Translations under genes and position numbers: made by a program
Assembly: GCA_030141605.1 (NCBI GenBank)
Contig: JAQGDQ010001196.1
Location: 1-56,083, forward strand
Source of the DNA: Tubiluchus corallicola
Lineage: Eukaryota > Animalia > Priapulida
DNA: 56,083 bases
Direction of reading: 5' to 3'
Notes under the pieces: generated by a model
Told to the model about the DNA's origin: nothing
The model's database searches: none
Seen by the model: only the letters and a program-made list of their open reading frames with translations
Part shown: positions 54,886 to 56,083 of the stretch, one piece after another
Numbering within the stretch: position 1 is the first letter of the stretch
Layout of the letters: each line of letters opens with the position of its first letter

Positions 54886-55429
54886 GGTGCACAAAAGTGT
54901 GTTATCAAGTGTATTTAAGCTCACATTCTATAACTTGGTTCACACACAAGTAGCTTTATTGCTCTAATGCTGTTTGCTTATCACATAACAACTTTTTGCC
55001 TTAATTTGGTTTTGTATACCAGTAGCCTGTTTACTAGTAATTGTACTTTTAGGTTACCTACTTAGTCTTAATTATTTTTTTGATATTTTGTGTTACTTTT
55101 TTGATATTTTGTTTTTTGTGTGTTTTTTTTTAGTTTTAGTGTTATAACGGTATAACATTATTTAGTTTTATTACATTATAACATTAACATTAAAGTAAAT
55201 TAGTGTTTGTTTATTCTGTGTTGTCTCCTTTTTTCTTCTACCTAGTATAAAGAGTAGGTTCACAGTGGTGCACTAAAACATTGTGCCCTTTTCGATTTTC
55301 TTGCTGTAGTATTTTTTTTATAAATTCTTCCATCTTTCATCTGTGTATATTTATTTGGTAAATTTTGGAATGCTAATTTCATAATTTCACTGTGTTAAAC
55401 ACAGAATTCAACAACAATTATGTTTTTAG

Positions 55430-55543
55430 GTTGGTCTGATTACAACATGTGCGATTTTAATACACGAAATACCTCACGAAATCGGCGACTTTGCGATTCT
55501 GCTGCGGTCGGGATTTTCCCGGTGGTCTGCTGCAAAAGCGCAG
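55430..55543 (+). CDS. SLC39A13: ZIP13-like coding exon 6 (TM5); gene continues beyond the window
   Basis: VGLITTCAILIHEIPHEIGDFAILLRSGFSRWSAAKAQ contains the LIV-1 HExPHExGD motif; cag|gtaaa donor. Confidence 0.97.
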
Positions 55544-56083
55544 GTAAATAACGATAATAACTACTGTAAGTATAGTGCTTGTAATCTCGAACCCACAGCG
55601 TGTATCAGTTGTGGTGTTGTGTCAAAAAATTGTAGGTTCACAATAAAGCATTCAAGGCTACCTTCTGAAGAAAATACAAGAACATGTGTAAGATGTGGCA
55701 TTGACTGTATCAACCAAATGACCCACATTGTCCATAAGTTATATTAAAACATTCTAACTCTTGGTGTGCGCCTCAGAAAGTCACAGTGTCTCTTTAACAA
55801 TTCAACTTATACGAGTACCTGACAACTCTTTTGGGGCGGATGATTGTAAAAACTAAGATGTGAGTAAGTTCAACTGAATATAACATCATCACGTTTCTGT
55901 CATCATGAGAAAAAGGGACTCCCTAATATGGTGTGAAAAGAAGTCAGTGATTATTTAATTCAAATTCTCTCACAGTTATGCAGGTCCTGAACCTGTACTT
56001 TTTTCACTACAAACAGATAACCAAGAGAAACTACACCTATAATGAACTATTGCACAGCAACTTCTCACCAAAATACGATCAAT

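Overview
AT-rich, intron- and repeat-dense eukaryotic DNA, most likely an invertebrate animal (inferred from spliced genes, MITEs, LINE and SINE relics). Two spliced + strand genes were assembled by hand from GT-AG exons with consistent phases. The first is the last six exons of a family-A DNA polymerase matching Pol nu (POLN; 11332-19875). The second is the first six coding exons of a LIV-1 zinc transporter matching ZIP13/SLC39A13 (22264 to beyond 55543). The rest is mostly transposon debris (pogo/Tigger-, hAT- and piggyBac-type MITEs, RTE and CR1/L2 LINE ends, tRNA- and 5S-derived SINEs) and mini/microsatellites. Almost all ORFs in the supplied track are repeat artefacts. The notable structures are: a near-perfect inverted repeat with arms over 2 kb that runs off the window start; a covarying RNA hairpin present about 14 times at LINE-like 3' ends; (TA)n-centred fold-backs; a duplicated, frameshifted ZIP13 pseudo-exon; and an intronic minisatellite carrying about 25 TGAGTCA sites. 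I see no convincing new protein-coding system.
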